64,000 nt of DNA from a bacterium (GTDB lineage Bacteria > SZUA-182 > SZUA-191 > JAJRXT01), in the NCBI GenBank assembly GCA_024277675.1, contig JAJRUS010000047.1:37791-101790 (forward strand), read 5' to 3'. Below, in pieces: positions 38,970-49,420 of this stretch (within the stretch, counting starts at the first letter, position 1; each line of letters starts with the position of its first letter). The position numbers were made by a program, and so were the translations under genes. The notes under the pieces were generated by a model. That model was not told the DNA's origin, did no database searches, and saw only the letters and a program-made list of their open reading frames with translations.

Positions 38970-40418
38970 CTAAAATTCCAGTTGCTTTTCCGGCTTATGC
39001 CGTTCAGCTTGTTTAAATGTTTTATCGGTTAAATATGCCGGCGGTCGTTCGATTTTATTGTTCTGTAACAAATCACCTATGGTTATTATTTGGATTTTGG
39101 GAAATTGCTTATCCCAAATGGGGGGTTTATAATATCCTTGTGAGACGGCATAACTTTTCATCGGTTTGGTAGGTTCAGCCAAAGTGATAAACACCCCCAT
39201 TTGAGCATGGTTACTATCCACCACCGAACAGAAATCCCTGATCTGGGCTACTCCCACCTGTCGGCCACCTTTAACCTGCACCAATATTGATTTAATCTTG
39301 TTTGTTTTATCATCTTGAAAGTAGATTACCCCATCTATACCTCTGTCGGCTCCCTTCTTTTTACCTCCCATTGGCCTTGCGCCAATTAAACTCAAAGCCC
39401 ACCATTCAAACTGGTGTTTGTTGGCTTGCGCCAGGGCTTCGGCTCCGGCTAAATCCACCGGCTCACCGATAACCCTATATGGCAAATCACCATATTTATC
39501 CTTTAACCTGTTTTTTATCAAAGCGATAGCCAGATGAGTAATGTCTATACCGATCCACTGCCGGTTCAGTTCCTGAGCTGCGTCTATGGCAGTGCCACAA
39601 CCGCAGAACGGGTCTAACACTATATCTCCCTCGTTGCTGCTGGCCAGTATAATTCGCCGCAGCAATTCCAGCGGTTTTTGGGTGGGATAACCCAGTCGTT
39701 CTTTGGCCGAGGGGGCTATTATTGGAACTTCCCAAACATCATCAGGATGTTTACCCAACGGATGGAGACTTTGTTCTCCAAAATCTATGCCGTTTCTTAT
39801 GTTGCCTATATAATGTTTGAATCTTTCCTTAGTTGTATCTGCATATGGAACTCGTACATCATCAGCGTTAAACTTCCAGTTTACGCCCTTTGTATAATAG
39901 AAAATAATGTCATGTCTTCTGCCATATCTTTTAGGGGAAATACCAGCACCTTTATAGTACCAAACAATTTCATTCTGAAATCCTCCTCCTCCAAATATAA
40001 TATCCAATATAATCTTCAAATAATGGCTGGCGTTAGGGTCGCAGTGCAAGTATAATGCACCATTTTCTTTAAGAACCCTATGCAACTCCACCAAGCGGAT
40101 AGCCATCATAGTTAAATAAGTCATGGTGTCGCTCTCGCCCATAAACCCGCGAAAACCTCGCATTAACTCTACCAACTTGGCGGGGGCATATTCTGTCATC
40201 AGATGGTAAGCTTTCTCAGAAGTTTCTCCCCAATGCCAGCTATCGCTAAAAGCTTCCACCTGAGCTGCCGATTCAGCGCCGCCGGTATCTTTAAATAATA
40301 CATTATAATTTCGCTTGCTGTTAAACGGAGGGTCTAAATAAATTAAGTCCACACTCTCATCACTTATATATTCGCCTAACACATCCAGATTATCCCCATA
40401 GTAAAGACAATTAGTCAT
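38970..40418 (-). CDS. Beta-class N6A/N4C DNA methyltransferase fused to a C-terminal Mrr-like (PD-(D/E)xK) nuclease domain
   Basis: 482 aa. Motif IV DLIYLDPPFNS near the N-terminus, then motif I VLDPFCGCGTA (beta order). C-terminal DRGIDGVIYF...LVQVKGG resembles the Mrr catalytic core. Markedly AT-rich. Confidence 0.75.
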   Translation of the reverse strand: MTNCLYYGDNLDVLGEYISDESVDLIYLDPPFNSKRNYNVLFKDTGGAESAAQVEAFSDSWHWGETSEKAYHLMTEYAPAKLVELMRGFRGFMGESDTMTYLTMMAIRLVELHRVLKENGALYLHCDPNASHYLKIILDIIFGGGGFQNEIVWYYKGAGISPKRYGRRHDIIFYYTKGVNWKFNADDVRVPYADTTKERFKHYIGNIRNGIDFGEQSLHPLGKHPDDVWEVPIIAPSAKERLGYPTQKPLELLRRIILASSNEGDIVLDPFCGCGTAIDAAQELNRQWIGIDITHLAIALIKNRLKDKYGDLPYRVIGEPVDLAGAEALAQANKHQFEWWALSLIGARPMGGKKKGADRGIDGVIYFQDDKTNKIKSILVQVKGGRQVGVAQIRDFCSVVDSNHAQMGVFITLAEPTKPMKSYAVSQGYYKPPIWDKQFPKIQIITIGDLLQNNKIERPPAYLTDKTFKQAERHKPEKQLEF

Positions 40419-40448
40419 TTTTCGCTACCCCTTGTCAAACACATTTAT

Positions 40449-41642
40449 TTATACCTCGCCCCGTATTTCGTAGCCGAAGTTTTTAGGCAGGCAAGTCTCT
40501 TTGAAGCAATCATTGAAATAATCATCAGTCATCCCGGCGATAAAATCACGCACTATCTCAGCTTTATGCTTATTCAAATAAGCTTCATTTTCTATTGGAA
40601 TATCCTTATGATTTAAGAAATCCTGATAAATTCTGGATTCAAGGTTTTCTGAGGTCATATCCTCTATAAACCGGTCAAATAAAATAGAGAACATTCTTTC
40701 AATTTTATTCGCCTCAGTTTTTATCTGCGGGTTCAGATAAATATGCCGGTAATTAAACTGCTTTAATTTAAAAAGCGCTGCTGAAATATCAGGGCTGAAA
40801 CCGACCGAATCCCGATCAATGCTGCTTTCGATAACATCCTTAACCAGCGTATCCACTATCTCCCGATTGTCGTTACCCAGTATTTTAGTACATTCTTCGG
40901 GAACATCCGCTTTACTTATTAACTTTACCATTATGGCATCCTGGATATCCCGGCCGATATAGCTGATGGTATCGGCAAGCCTGACCACACAGCCTTCCAG
41001 CGTCATAGGCGTTATTTCAAAGGCTTTACCCTTATTCACTTTGGCCTGCAACTCCGCCGCATGTATATCCCAGTCCTTGTCTTTGTCGGGCGTCAATCTC
41101 ATATTATGTATCTCCCCGTCATGACACAGGATTCCATCCACTACCTGCAAGGTAAGATTTAAGCCCCAGCCTTTGTTTTCAATCTGTTCTAAGAAGATAA
41201 CGCTTTGCACATTATGCAGAAAATTATTTATGCCATGTTTTTGACATATTTGGGAAATATATGCTTCGCCGTCATGCCCGAACGGCGGATGTCCGATATC
41301 ATGCCCCAGGGCAATGGCCTCTATCAAATCCTCATTCAGGCGCAAGGCCCGGCCGATGGTGCGGGCAATCTTGGATAATAACTGCACATGAATCATGCGG
41401 TGGGTAATAAGGTCGTTTTTAAACAGATAAAAGACCTGGGTCTTATCTATATAACGCGAGAAGGCGAAAGAATGCAGAATCCGGTCGGCATCCCGCCAGA
41501 ATATGGGGCGGATATCAAGCTCATCCGAGGCGTCGGGCCGCTTCCTGGCTCCACATTCATTTTTGGCGGCGAATTTGGATAGGGTGGCCGTTTCCCGCTC
41601 TCGCAGCTGATTTTTTAAACGGGCAATAAGTTCTTGATCCAT
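40449..41642 (-). CDS. HD-domain dGTP triphosphohydrolase-like protein (Dgt family)
   Basis: 397 aa. RDADRILHSFAFSRYIDKTQVF, THRMIHVQL, GHDIGHPPFGHDGE motifs. AT-rich. Co-oriented with the MTase-nuclease fusion. Confidence 0.8.
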   Translation of the reverse strand: MDQELIARLKNQLRERETATLSKFAAKNECGARKRPDASDELDIRPIFWRDADRILHSFAFSRYIDKTQVFYLFKNDLITHRMIHVQLLSKIARTIGRALRLNEDLIEAIALGHDIGHPPFGHDGEAYISQICQKHGINNFLHNVQSVIFLEQIENKGWGLNLTLQVVDGILCHDGEIHNMRLTPDKDKDWDIHAAELQAKVNKGKAFEITPMTLEGCVVRLADTISYIGRDIQDAIMVKLISKADVPEECTKILGNDNREIVDTLVKDVIESSIDRDSVGFSPDISAALFKLKQFNYRHIYLNPQIKTEANKIERMFSILFDRFIEDMTSENLESRIYQDFLNHKDIPIENEAYLNKHKAEIVRDFIAGMTDDYFNDCFKETCLPKNFGYEIRGEV

Positions 41643-41646
41643 AACT

Positions 41647-41826
41647 CACTTCCGGCTCATCAAGCCTTCCAGCTTAAGCGGCATAATCAGGCGATTAAAT
41701 AAAATAACATCATCCACCACATTGCCGCAATTTATGCAGACAGAAACATCCAGCGTACCCATATAGGTATAAACCCGCTCACGGTACATATAACCATTAC
41801 ATCTTATACAGCGCACATATTGCATA
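41647..41826 (-). CDS. Small zinc-ribbon protein (59 aa), first gene of the putative three-gene island
   Basis: MQYVRCIRCNGYMYRERVYTYMGTLDVSVCINCGNVVDDVILFNRLIMPLKLEGLMSRK has two CxxC pairs. Stop lies 5 nt upstream of the dGTPase start. Below the ORF-track size cutoff. Confidence 0.4.
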
Positions 41827-41938
41827 ATTATACTGACCTATTCTAAATCCACCCCGAATTCACCAGGCTCATTCATCGAATAGCAGCTCAAAACCAACGT
41901 CCCTGAAGAAACAGGCTGTGCCTGCCCGAATTTTCGGG

Positions 41939-43108
41939 CTACATCAATACTAGGTTGTCTCGATGGATTACCTCATCATAAGATTTGTACTTTAAGATAG
42001 TTTTAATCTCACTAGTCTTTCGACCCTGAATCCGCTCTATTTCATTAGCGTTGTAGTTACTCAACCCACGGGCAATCTCCACCCCGTCCAGCCTCACACA
42101 ACTTACCATATCCCCGACACTGAATATACCCTCCACTCTTAGAATTCCAGAGGGCAGCAGACTTTTGCCCATCTCAAGCAGCGCCTTGCCGGCGCCATCA
42201 TCTACCACGATTTTACCCCTGGGTTTTAGGGCATGGGCAATCCAATGCTTGCGGCTGGTCAGCCCCTTTTGTTTGGGTAAAAACATGGTGCCCACCTCAT
42301 CCCCCTGCATAATCTGCTTAATTACTCCCGGCCGGCGTCCATTAGCCACCACCGCCGGCACCCCAAACCTGGCCGCTTTGTGGACCGCTTGCAGCTTGGT
42401 AATCATCCCCCCGGTACCCAAATGCTTACCATCACCCGCCAACCGCTCTATCTCCGGGGTAATCATCTCCACCACACTTATTAGACAGGCAGTATCATCT
42501 TTACAGGGATCAGCCGAATGAAAACCCTCGACATCAGACAGTATAATCAACAAATCCGCCTCAGCCAGGCTGGTTACTAAGGCCGAAAGATTATCGTTGT
42601 CTCCCAGCTTTATTTCCTCCACCATTACAGTATCATTTTCATTTATAATCGGCACCACCCCATGATGCAGTAAGGTGAAAATAGTGTTGCGCGCATTGAG
42701 ATAGCGCCGCCGATTGTTTATATCATCGCTGGTGAGCAGCAGTTGGGCTACCTGCACCTGGTGGACATTGAACAACTTCTCATAATTCCACATAAGACTT
42801 GTTTGGCCGACCGCCGCCGCTGCCTGCTTGAAGTTAAGCGAATTAACAGCCAGGTTGAAGGCTTTATTAAAATTGGGCCCCAATTTAGTGCGCCCGGCCA
42901 GAATCGCCCCGGAGGAAACCAGCACCACTTCATGTCCGGCTTTACGCAAATCTGCCATCTCCTGCACCAGGTTACCCATAACCTGTAAATCCAAGCCACG
43001 TTCCAGTGAGGCCAACACCCGGCTGCCGATCTTAACCACAATCCGCCTGACACCCGCCAAAATATCCTTGCGGCAAAAATTTTGTTGAGTAGCTGAATTA
43101 TCTTTCAT
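41939..43108 (-). CDS. proB: Glutamate 5-kinase with PUA domain
   Basis: 389 aa. IVVKIGS...amino-acid kinase fold. C-terminal PUA. Confidence 0.9.
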   Translation of the reverse strand: MKDNSATQQNFCRKDILAGVRRIVVKIGSRVLASLERGLDLQVMGNLVQEMADLRKAGHEVVLVSSGAILAGRTKLGPNFNKAFNLAVNSLNFKQAAAAVGQTSLMWNYEKLFNVHQVQVAQLLLTSDDINNRRRYLNARNTIFTLLHHGVVPIINENDTVMVEEIKLGDNDNLSALVTSLAEADLLIILSDVEGFHSADPCKDDTACLISVVEMITPEIERLAGDGKHLGTGGMITKLQAVHKAARFGVPAVVANGRRPGVIKQIMQGDEVGTMFLPKQKGLTSRKHWIAHALKPRGKIVVDDGAGKALLEMGKSLLPSGILRVEGIFSVGDMVSCVRLDGVEIARGLSNYNANEIERIQGRKTSEIKTILKYKSYDEVIHRDNLVLM

Positions 43109-43136
43109 CTTGTTTCTTTCTTAACAACAGACAATT

Positions 43137-43640
43137 CTATGTTTGAGACATTTTGTTCTGTATAATCGCCATCAAGTTTTTTTCAAGACACTTAACTTCC
43201 ACAGCTAATTTTTCAAGTAGTTCTTGGAATTCTTCTACATAGCTTTCGTTGAAAGGAACTTCCTTAACTTCTGACGGTAAAGAAGCAAATGATAAATCTC
43301 CGTGAACGGTCAATTTGTTCCTACTATGCCTTGTGAAATCCCCAAAAGTTGTATTCCCAACAGGTAATTCCATAATTTCTCTAATTTTGTCCAATAGGCC
43401 TTCTAGTCCGATTGGTTTTAGGACTCTATAACAAAAGCCCCCCATTGGTTTGTTACCTTTATCAAGTAGAAACATAGTTGAGATCAAGTGAATGCCTGCA
43501 AATTCATTATATAAACGGGGTATCGGATCCGTAACCCCAAGAGCTTCTAAGGTAGGACTGTAAGTTTGGCTAAATCCATATTCAAACATCTTGCAATGAA
43601 AAATAACAGGTTCGATGTTTTCTTTGTCTTTTTCATTCAT
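43137..43640 (-). CDS. Hypothetical protein (AT-rich, accessory)
   Basis: 167-aa ORF. No recognisable motifs. Adjacent to hicAB. Confidence 0.4.
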   Translation of the reverse strand: MNEKDKENIEPVIFHCKMFEYGFSQTYSPTLEALGVTDPIPRLYNEFAGIHLISTMFLLDKGNKPMGGFCYRVLKPIGLEGLLDKIREIMELPVGNTTFGDFTRHSRNKLTVHGDLSFASLPSEVKEVPFNESYVEEFQELLEKLAVEVKCLEKNLMAIIQNKMSQT

Positions 43641-43704
43641 AGTTAATCACAGTTTCGCCTAACGCATTTTATACGAACTTACCAAAAGCTTTCAAAAAAA
43701 AGGA

Positions 43705-43944
43705 TTATTTTCTAAGCTCATTAAACTCATCAATGGTTAAATCTGCATCTTTCAGTATCGCTTTTAAGGTTTTTCTCTTGATGATCTTAGCTGAATGGAT
43801 GGGAACAACAGTTCTCCTTTTATCATTTAGCCTCTTATAAATGGCATGACTGCTGCCTGCTTGCCGAATAAATTGAAAGCCAATCTTCTCTAAAGCCCTG
43901 ACAACTTCCTTGGAAGTAACTGCCGGGAATCGTTTGGACGTCAT
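43705..43944 (-). CDS. hicA: Type II toxin HicA (YcfA-like mRNA interferase)
   Basis: 79 aa. SKEVVRALEKIGFQFIRQAGSSHAIYKR...RRTVVPIH...TLKAILKDADL. Confidence 0.75.
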   Translation of the reverse strand: MTSKRFPAVTSKEVVRALEKIGFQFIRQAGSSHAIYKRLNDKRRTVVPIHSAKIIKRKTLKAILKDADLTIDEFNELRK

Positions 43945-44168
43945 ACAGCAACCTTCAAAGAAGTTATGGTTATCTCATCATTTGGAATCGCTTCTCCATC
44001 AGCCACATAGTCTGAAAGCACAGCATCTATCGCCGTTCGCATCTCGGCAATAGTTTCCTCATATGTTTCGCCCTGGACATGACATCCGGGTAGTGCCGGA
44101 CAATCGGCAAAATAGCCGCCTTCAGCACAGGGTTCAATGATTACCGTAAAGCGATGTTCGTGTTTCAT
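43941..44168 (-). CDS. hicB: Type II antitoxin HicB (UPF0150)
   Basis: 75 aa. FTVIIEPCAEGGYFADCPALPGCHVQGETYEETIAEMRTAI. 4-nt overlap with hicA. Confidence 0.75.
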   Translation of the reverse strand: MKHEHRFTVIIEPCAEGGYFADCPALPGCHVQGETYEETIAEMRTAIDAVLSDYVADGEAIPNDEITITSLKVAV

Positions 44169-44181
44169 TATATTATCCCCC

Positions 44182-45189
<1,008 letters not shown>

Positions 45190-45204
45190 CTATAATTAAA
45201 AAAG

Positions 45205-45240
45205 GGTTTCGGATATAAGTTCCAAAACCCTTTTGTTCTC
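45205..45240 (-). terminator. Rho-independent terminator downstream of rpmA
   Basis: Minus strand reads AAAAGGGTTTTGGAACTTATATCCGAAACCCTTTTTT. Confidence 0.6.
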
Positions 45241-45262
45241 TGAAGGAAAACCACTAAACAAA

Positions 45263-45541
45263 TTACACCGCATAGACGCTTATTTGGCGCTTGTATTTTC
45301 CCCGGTGTTCAAACTTAACCACGCCATCTATAAGAGCAAATAAGGTGTCATCTCCACCCTTTTTGACATTGGCTCCGGGAGAAAATTTGGTGCCTCGCTG
45401 GCGCACCAGGATACTACCGGCGCTGACTACCTGACCGGCAAAACGTTTCGCTCCAAGGCGTTTGGCAGCGCTATCCCTGCCATTACTGGAGCTGCCACCC
45501 GCTTTTTTATGTGCCATATTATCTAACCCCCTCCCGAACAA
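45263..45541 (-). CDS. rpmA: 50S ribosomal protein L27
   Basis: 92 aa. [16 protein letters not shown]. Confidence 0.95.
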   Translation of the reverse strand: MFGRGLDNMAHKKAGGSSSNGRDSAAKRLGAKRFAGQVVSAGSILVRQRGTKFSPGANVKKGGDDTLFALIDGVVKFEHRGKYKRQISVYAV

Positions 45542-45668
45542 GCTCGGGTATTATGCAGACAAACCTGCTTTTACTTAAGAAATTATCGTAAGCATTAAAC
45601 AATTATCAATAAACTTCAAGATTAACAAAAAATTTTGTAAAAAAGTGACTTGTCCCAGGGACTTGTCC

Positions 45669-45980
45669 CTAAGCCTTTATCTCCAGAATAGCTACCCCGG
45701 TAAAATATTGGCGGTGGCCCCATTTTCGCTTATATCCTTTGCGGCGCTTAAATTTAAATCCGATTATCTTGGCCGCCCGATCCTGTTCCGTTACCCGGCC
45801 AATAACCCTGGCCGCTTTAAGTTGAGCCTCTTTGGTAATAAGTTGTTCTTCCCCCCCTACCAGCAACACCCGGTCAAACTCAACCTGTTCTCCCAAAGAT
45901 GCATCCAGTCGCTCTACCCGAATGCAATCTCCCTCACTGACCCGATATTGCTTACCACCTGTTTCAATTACAGCAAACAT
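45669..45980 (-). CDS. rplU: 50S ribosomal protein L21
   Basis: 103 aa. MFAVIETGGKQYRVSEGD. Confidence 0.95.
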   Translation of the reverse strand: MFAVIETGGKQYRVSEGDCIRVERLDASLGEQVEFDRVLLVGGEEQLITKEAQLKAARVIGRVTEQDRAAKIIGFKFKRRKGYKRKWGHRQYFTGVAILEIKA

Positions 45981-46070
45981 GTATAAACTCCAATTTATTA
46001 GTTAACTCATTCTCCGATTTACGGCTATTTAATTAACACGGCAGGGGCATTTTGTCAAGAACTATCTTGC

Positions 46071-47228
46071 CTATATGCCGTTTTTAGTCAGCGTACTTAA
46101 CGCTTTACATACATAGTCCACTTCCTCGGCGGTATTAAAATAGCCCATGCTCAAGCGTACTGTACCATCAGGTGAAGTACCCATGGTTTTGTGCGCTATA
46201 GGGGCACAATGTAATCCCACCCGGGTCATTATGCCTTGCTGCTGGTCAAGATAATAGCCCACTTCATTAGAGCGCAGGCCATCAACATTAATAGACACTA
46301 CCGCAGTCTGTTTATCAGCATCCTGGGGCCCGTACATGGTTACTCCCTCAATCTTCTGCAGGCCTTTAATCAGTTGTTCGGTAAGCTCATGTTCATGCTT
46401 ACTAATTTTATCAATACCGGTTTCCATGATGAATTCAATACCGGCCGCCAGGCCCGCCAGCCCGCCGGTATTTTTGGTACCGCTTTCATATTTGTCGGGC
46501 AGGAAATCAGGATGCACCTCCTGCTCCGAAAGGCTGCCGGTTCCGCCTTCTTTAAAGGAAGGCATGATATCTTCCAATCCCTCGCCTATATACAAGCCCC
46601 CGGTGCCCTGCGGGCCAAACAGGCATTTGTGACCCGGAACGGCCAGTAAGTCCAGCTTGTATTGTTTTACATCGATAGGAATGACGCCCGCTGTCTGGGC
46701 CGCATCGATCATGTAATATACCCCATCATACTTAGAAACAATCTCCCCCACCTCTTCCACCGGCATAATGGTACCGGTAACGTTTGAGGCATGAATCAAG
46801 GTAACCAGCTTAGTGTTAGGTCGAATGCTCTTTTTAACATCGGCCGGGTTTAAAAAACCTTCTTTGGTGCAAGGTACAATGGTCAGCTCAATTATATCCA
46901 GTTGCTCTAAATGTCTTAAGGGCCTGATAACCGAGTTATGTTCAAAGGCGCTGGTTACAACATGATCTCCCTTGCGTAATAAGCATTTGATGGCCAGATT
47001 GAGTGAATCAGTGGCATTAAAGGTTAAGATCATCCGGGAAGAATCCTCTATCCCGAACAATTCGGCCGACGCCTCACGTGCATTTAATACAATTCGCTCT
47101 GCCTCCACCGACATTTTATGTCCTGAACGCCCTGGATTGGCTCCCACCTGCCGCGAAAAATAATCCATGGCTTTATAGACTGTCTCCGGTTTGGGCCAAC
47201 TGGTGGCAGCATTATCAAAATATACCAT
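46071..47228 (-). CDS. Aminotransferase class V / cysteine desulfurase family protein
   Basis: 385 aa. MVYFDNAATSWPKP. SGHK PLP-Lys motif. GLHCAP Cys loop. Confidence 0.75.
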   Translation of the reverse strand: MVYFDNAATSWPKPETVYKAMDYFSRQVGANPGRSGHKMSVEAERIVLNAREASAELFGIEDSSRMILTFNATDSLNLAIKCLLRKGDHVVTSAFEHNSVIRPLRHLEQLDIIELTIVPCTKEGFLNPADVKKSIRPNTKLVTLIHASNVTGTIMPVEEVGEIVSKYDGVYYMIDAAQTAGVIPIDVKQYKLDLLAVPGHKCLFGPQGTGGLYIGEGLEDIMPSFKEGGTGSLSEQEVHPDFLPDKYESGTKNTGGLAGLAAGIEFIMETGIDKISKHEHELTEQLIKGLQKIEGVTMYGPQDADKQTAVVSINVDGLRSNEVGYYLDQQQGIMTRVGLHCAPIAHKTMGTSPDGTVRLSMGYFNTAEEVDYVCKALSTLTKNGI

Positions 47229-47382
47229 AACCCCTCCTTAACAGGATAACTCCACATTACAAACTTTAAACTAAGCTTGACATAAAAAACGTAGTATAGC
47301 ATAATTCATATATAGTTGTAAAATAAAAATAGTTTCACCCCGGATAATTATTATTAAATGCAAAAGCGTATCTGTATATACA

Positions 47383-48159
47383 ATGAAATATTACGATAAC
47401 TTTAATTGGGGCTATATGCCTCAGACCAGTTATATACACCAATTAGACCCCCGCATCAAATTGCTGGCCCTGTTTGGATTGATGACTGGTTTATTCTTTT
47501 CCAAGCTGGGGATTTTGCTGGTATTCTGCTTAAGCGCGGTAGCTATCAAATTAGCCCGACTGCCATATAAAAGGTTGTTTCGCAGCCTGTATATGCTTAA
47601 GTGGTTGTTTTTGTTTGCCATATTATTCCACCTTTTCCTCACTCCCGGGCATTATATATTTAACGGCTGGGGTGGAACTTACGAGGGTTTAGAGAATGGA
47701 ATTCTGGTCAGTACTCGTTTAATGCTGTTGGTAGTAATCTCATCAATGCTGATGCTGACTACTTCACCGGTGAAGCTGACTCATGGGTTGGAAAGCCTGC
47801 TTAGTCCGTTGAAATATTTCAGAGTGCCGGTTGATGAGATGGCCTTAATGATTATGCTGTCACTGCAATTTATCCCGGTTTTGCTGGCGGAAGCCCAGCG
47901 CCTGGTCAAAGCTCAACGGGCCAGGGGAATAGATTTCAGTCAAACCAATATAATCCGTAAAGCCAAAAATATGCTGGCCTTGTTTATACCGCTGATCCTG
48001 GGGGCTCATCGAAAAGCTGAAAACCTGGCGCTTTCCATGCAGACTCGCGGCTATTGTGGACAACGCCAGCGCAGTCGTTTGCATCCATTAAAGCTTAAGC
48101 GTTCCGACTACATAGCCGGTATAATCGTTATTGGCATAATATTTGCCGCCGGTTTATAA
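47383..48159 (+). CDS. ecfT: Energy-coupling-factor transporter transmembrane (T) component
   Basis: 258 aa. CbiQ/EcfT family topology. ARGID-type conserved loop. Confidence 0.75.
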   Translation: MKYYDNFNWGYMPQTSYIHQLDPRIKLLALFGLMTGLFFSKLGILLVFCLSAVAIKLARLPYKRLFRSLYMLKWLFLFAILFHLFLTPGHYIFNGWGGTYEGLENGILVSTRLMLLVVISSMLMLTTSPVKLTHGLESLLSPLKYFRVPVDEMALMIMLSLQFIPVLLAEAQRLVKAQRARGIDFSQTNIIRKAKNMLALFIPLILGAHRKAENLALSMQTRGYCGQRQRSRLHPLKLKRSDYIAGIIVIGIIFAAGL

Positions 48160-48179
48160 TTTTAGAGCGCCTTTATACT

Positions 48180-48914
48180 ATGCGTAACTTGAAATTAAGC
48201 ATTGCCTACGACGGCACCAACTACCGGGGCTGGCAGGTACAGCCGAGGGATAAAACCATCCAGGGAACCTTAGAGGAAAAGTTATCCAAAATTACCGGCG
48301 AGTCTGTGCGTTTGCAGGCTGCCGGTCGCACCGATGCCGGGGTACATGCCTTAAAACAAGTGGCTAATTTCACCACCGCTCACCACATCCCGGCGCCTTC
48401 ATTACTTAAGGCCTTAAACAGTATGCTGCCGGATGATATTGTGATTAATGATATAGCAGAAGTGGAGCCGGACTTTCAAGCGCGTTACTGGGCTAAGAGC
48501 AAGAAATACATTTATCGTTTCCTGCAGCAGCCCTACCCTTCCCCATTTGAACGCCGGTACGCCTGGTATATACGAAAACCGCTTAATATAGAACAGATGC
48601 GCCAGGCGACTAAATACTTACTGGGTGAGCAGCATTTCGGTTCTTTCCAGGCTGCGGGTTGCAGTGCCAGAAATCCGGTCAAGACTATATATCAACTGGA
48701 TTTTCAAGAAAATTGCCAGCTATTGAGCTTTACTGTTAAAGCCGATGGATTTTTGCGGCATATGGTGCGCAATATTGTGGGTACCTTGGTGGAGGTGGGC
48801 CGGGGGAAATTGCCGCCGGCTGAGTTACAAACCATATTAGCGGCCCAAGACCGCACCCAGGCCGGCCCCACCGCCCCGCCGCAGGGGCTTTTTATGGCGG
48901 AAGTGGAGTACTGA
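48180..48914 (+). CDS. truA: tRNA pseudouridine(38-40) synthase
   Basis: 244 aa. IAYDGTNYRGWQ...AGRTDAGVHA catalytic Asp motif. Confidence 0.9.
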   Translation: MRNLKLSIAYDGTNYRGWQVQPRDKTIQGTLEEKLSKITGESVRLQAAGRTDAGVHALKQVANFTTAHHIPAPSLLKALNSMLPDDIVINDIAEVEPDFQARYWAKSKKYIYRFLQQPYPSPFERRYAWYIRKPLNIEQMRQATKYLLGEQHFGSFQAAGCSARNPVKTIYQLDFQENCQLLSFTVKADGFLRHMVRNIVGTLVEVGRGKLPPAELQTILAAQDRTQAGPTAPPQGLFMAEVEY

Positions 48915-48919
48915 ACTAT

Positions 48920-49408
48920 ATGAACCGGAGAATCCGCTTAATTTTAATAACTATTTTGATCATATCAGGAATCAGCTTAGCGGCTGAAACCTGGGCACAT
49001 AAGTTTAAATATGATATAATTGAGCTGACTTTAATTTCCAGGCAGGGCAGATTCAAAATAAAGGCCGAGATCGCTGATTCCTGGACCAAAAGAATCCTGG
49101 GGCTTATGCACCGTAAACACCTGGCTTCAGATGCCGGCATGTTATTTATTTTTGAAGATGAGGCGCCACGTTCTTTCTGGATGAAAAACACGCTGATTCC
49201 GCTGGATATGATATTTGTAGCCGATGATCTTAAGATTGTACATATAGCCAAAATGGCCACTCCCTGTAAGATCGACCCCTGCCCCAGGTATAACTCCGGT
49301 TATCCGGCAAAATACGTGGTGGAGATAAATGGGGGTTTGAGTGGTAAAATGGGACTGGCAGCGGGAGACCTTATTGAGTTTGAGCTATCTACATTGACCA
49401 GCCACTAA
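48920..49408 (+). CDS. DUF192 domain protein
   Basis: 162 aa. MLFIFEDEAPRSFWMKNTLIPLDMIF. Confidence 0.75.
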   Translation: MNRRIRLILITILIISGISLAAETWAHKFKYDIIELTLISRQGRFKIKAEIADSWTKRILGLMHRKHLASDAGMLFIFEDEAPRSFWMKNTLIPLDMIFVADDLKIVHIAKMATPCKIDPCPRYNSGYPAKYVVEINGGLSGKMGLAAGDLIEFELSTLTSH

Positions 49409-49420
49409 AAGGAGGATTTT

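Noticed and set aside
45542-45668. Direct repeat GACTTGTCCC x2 in the rplU-rpmA spacer as a possible small ORF or regulatory element
   Set aside because: No ORF with a start or RBS. Likely part of a processing or attenuator structure common in L21-L27 spacers. Insufficient evidence to call.
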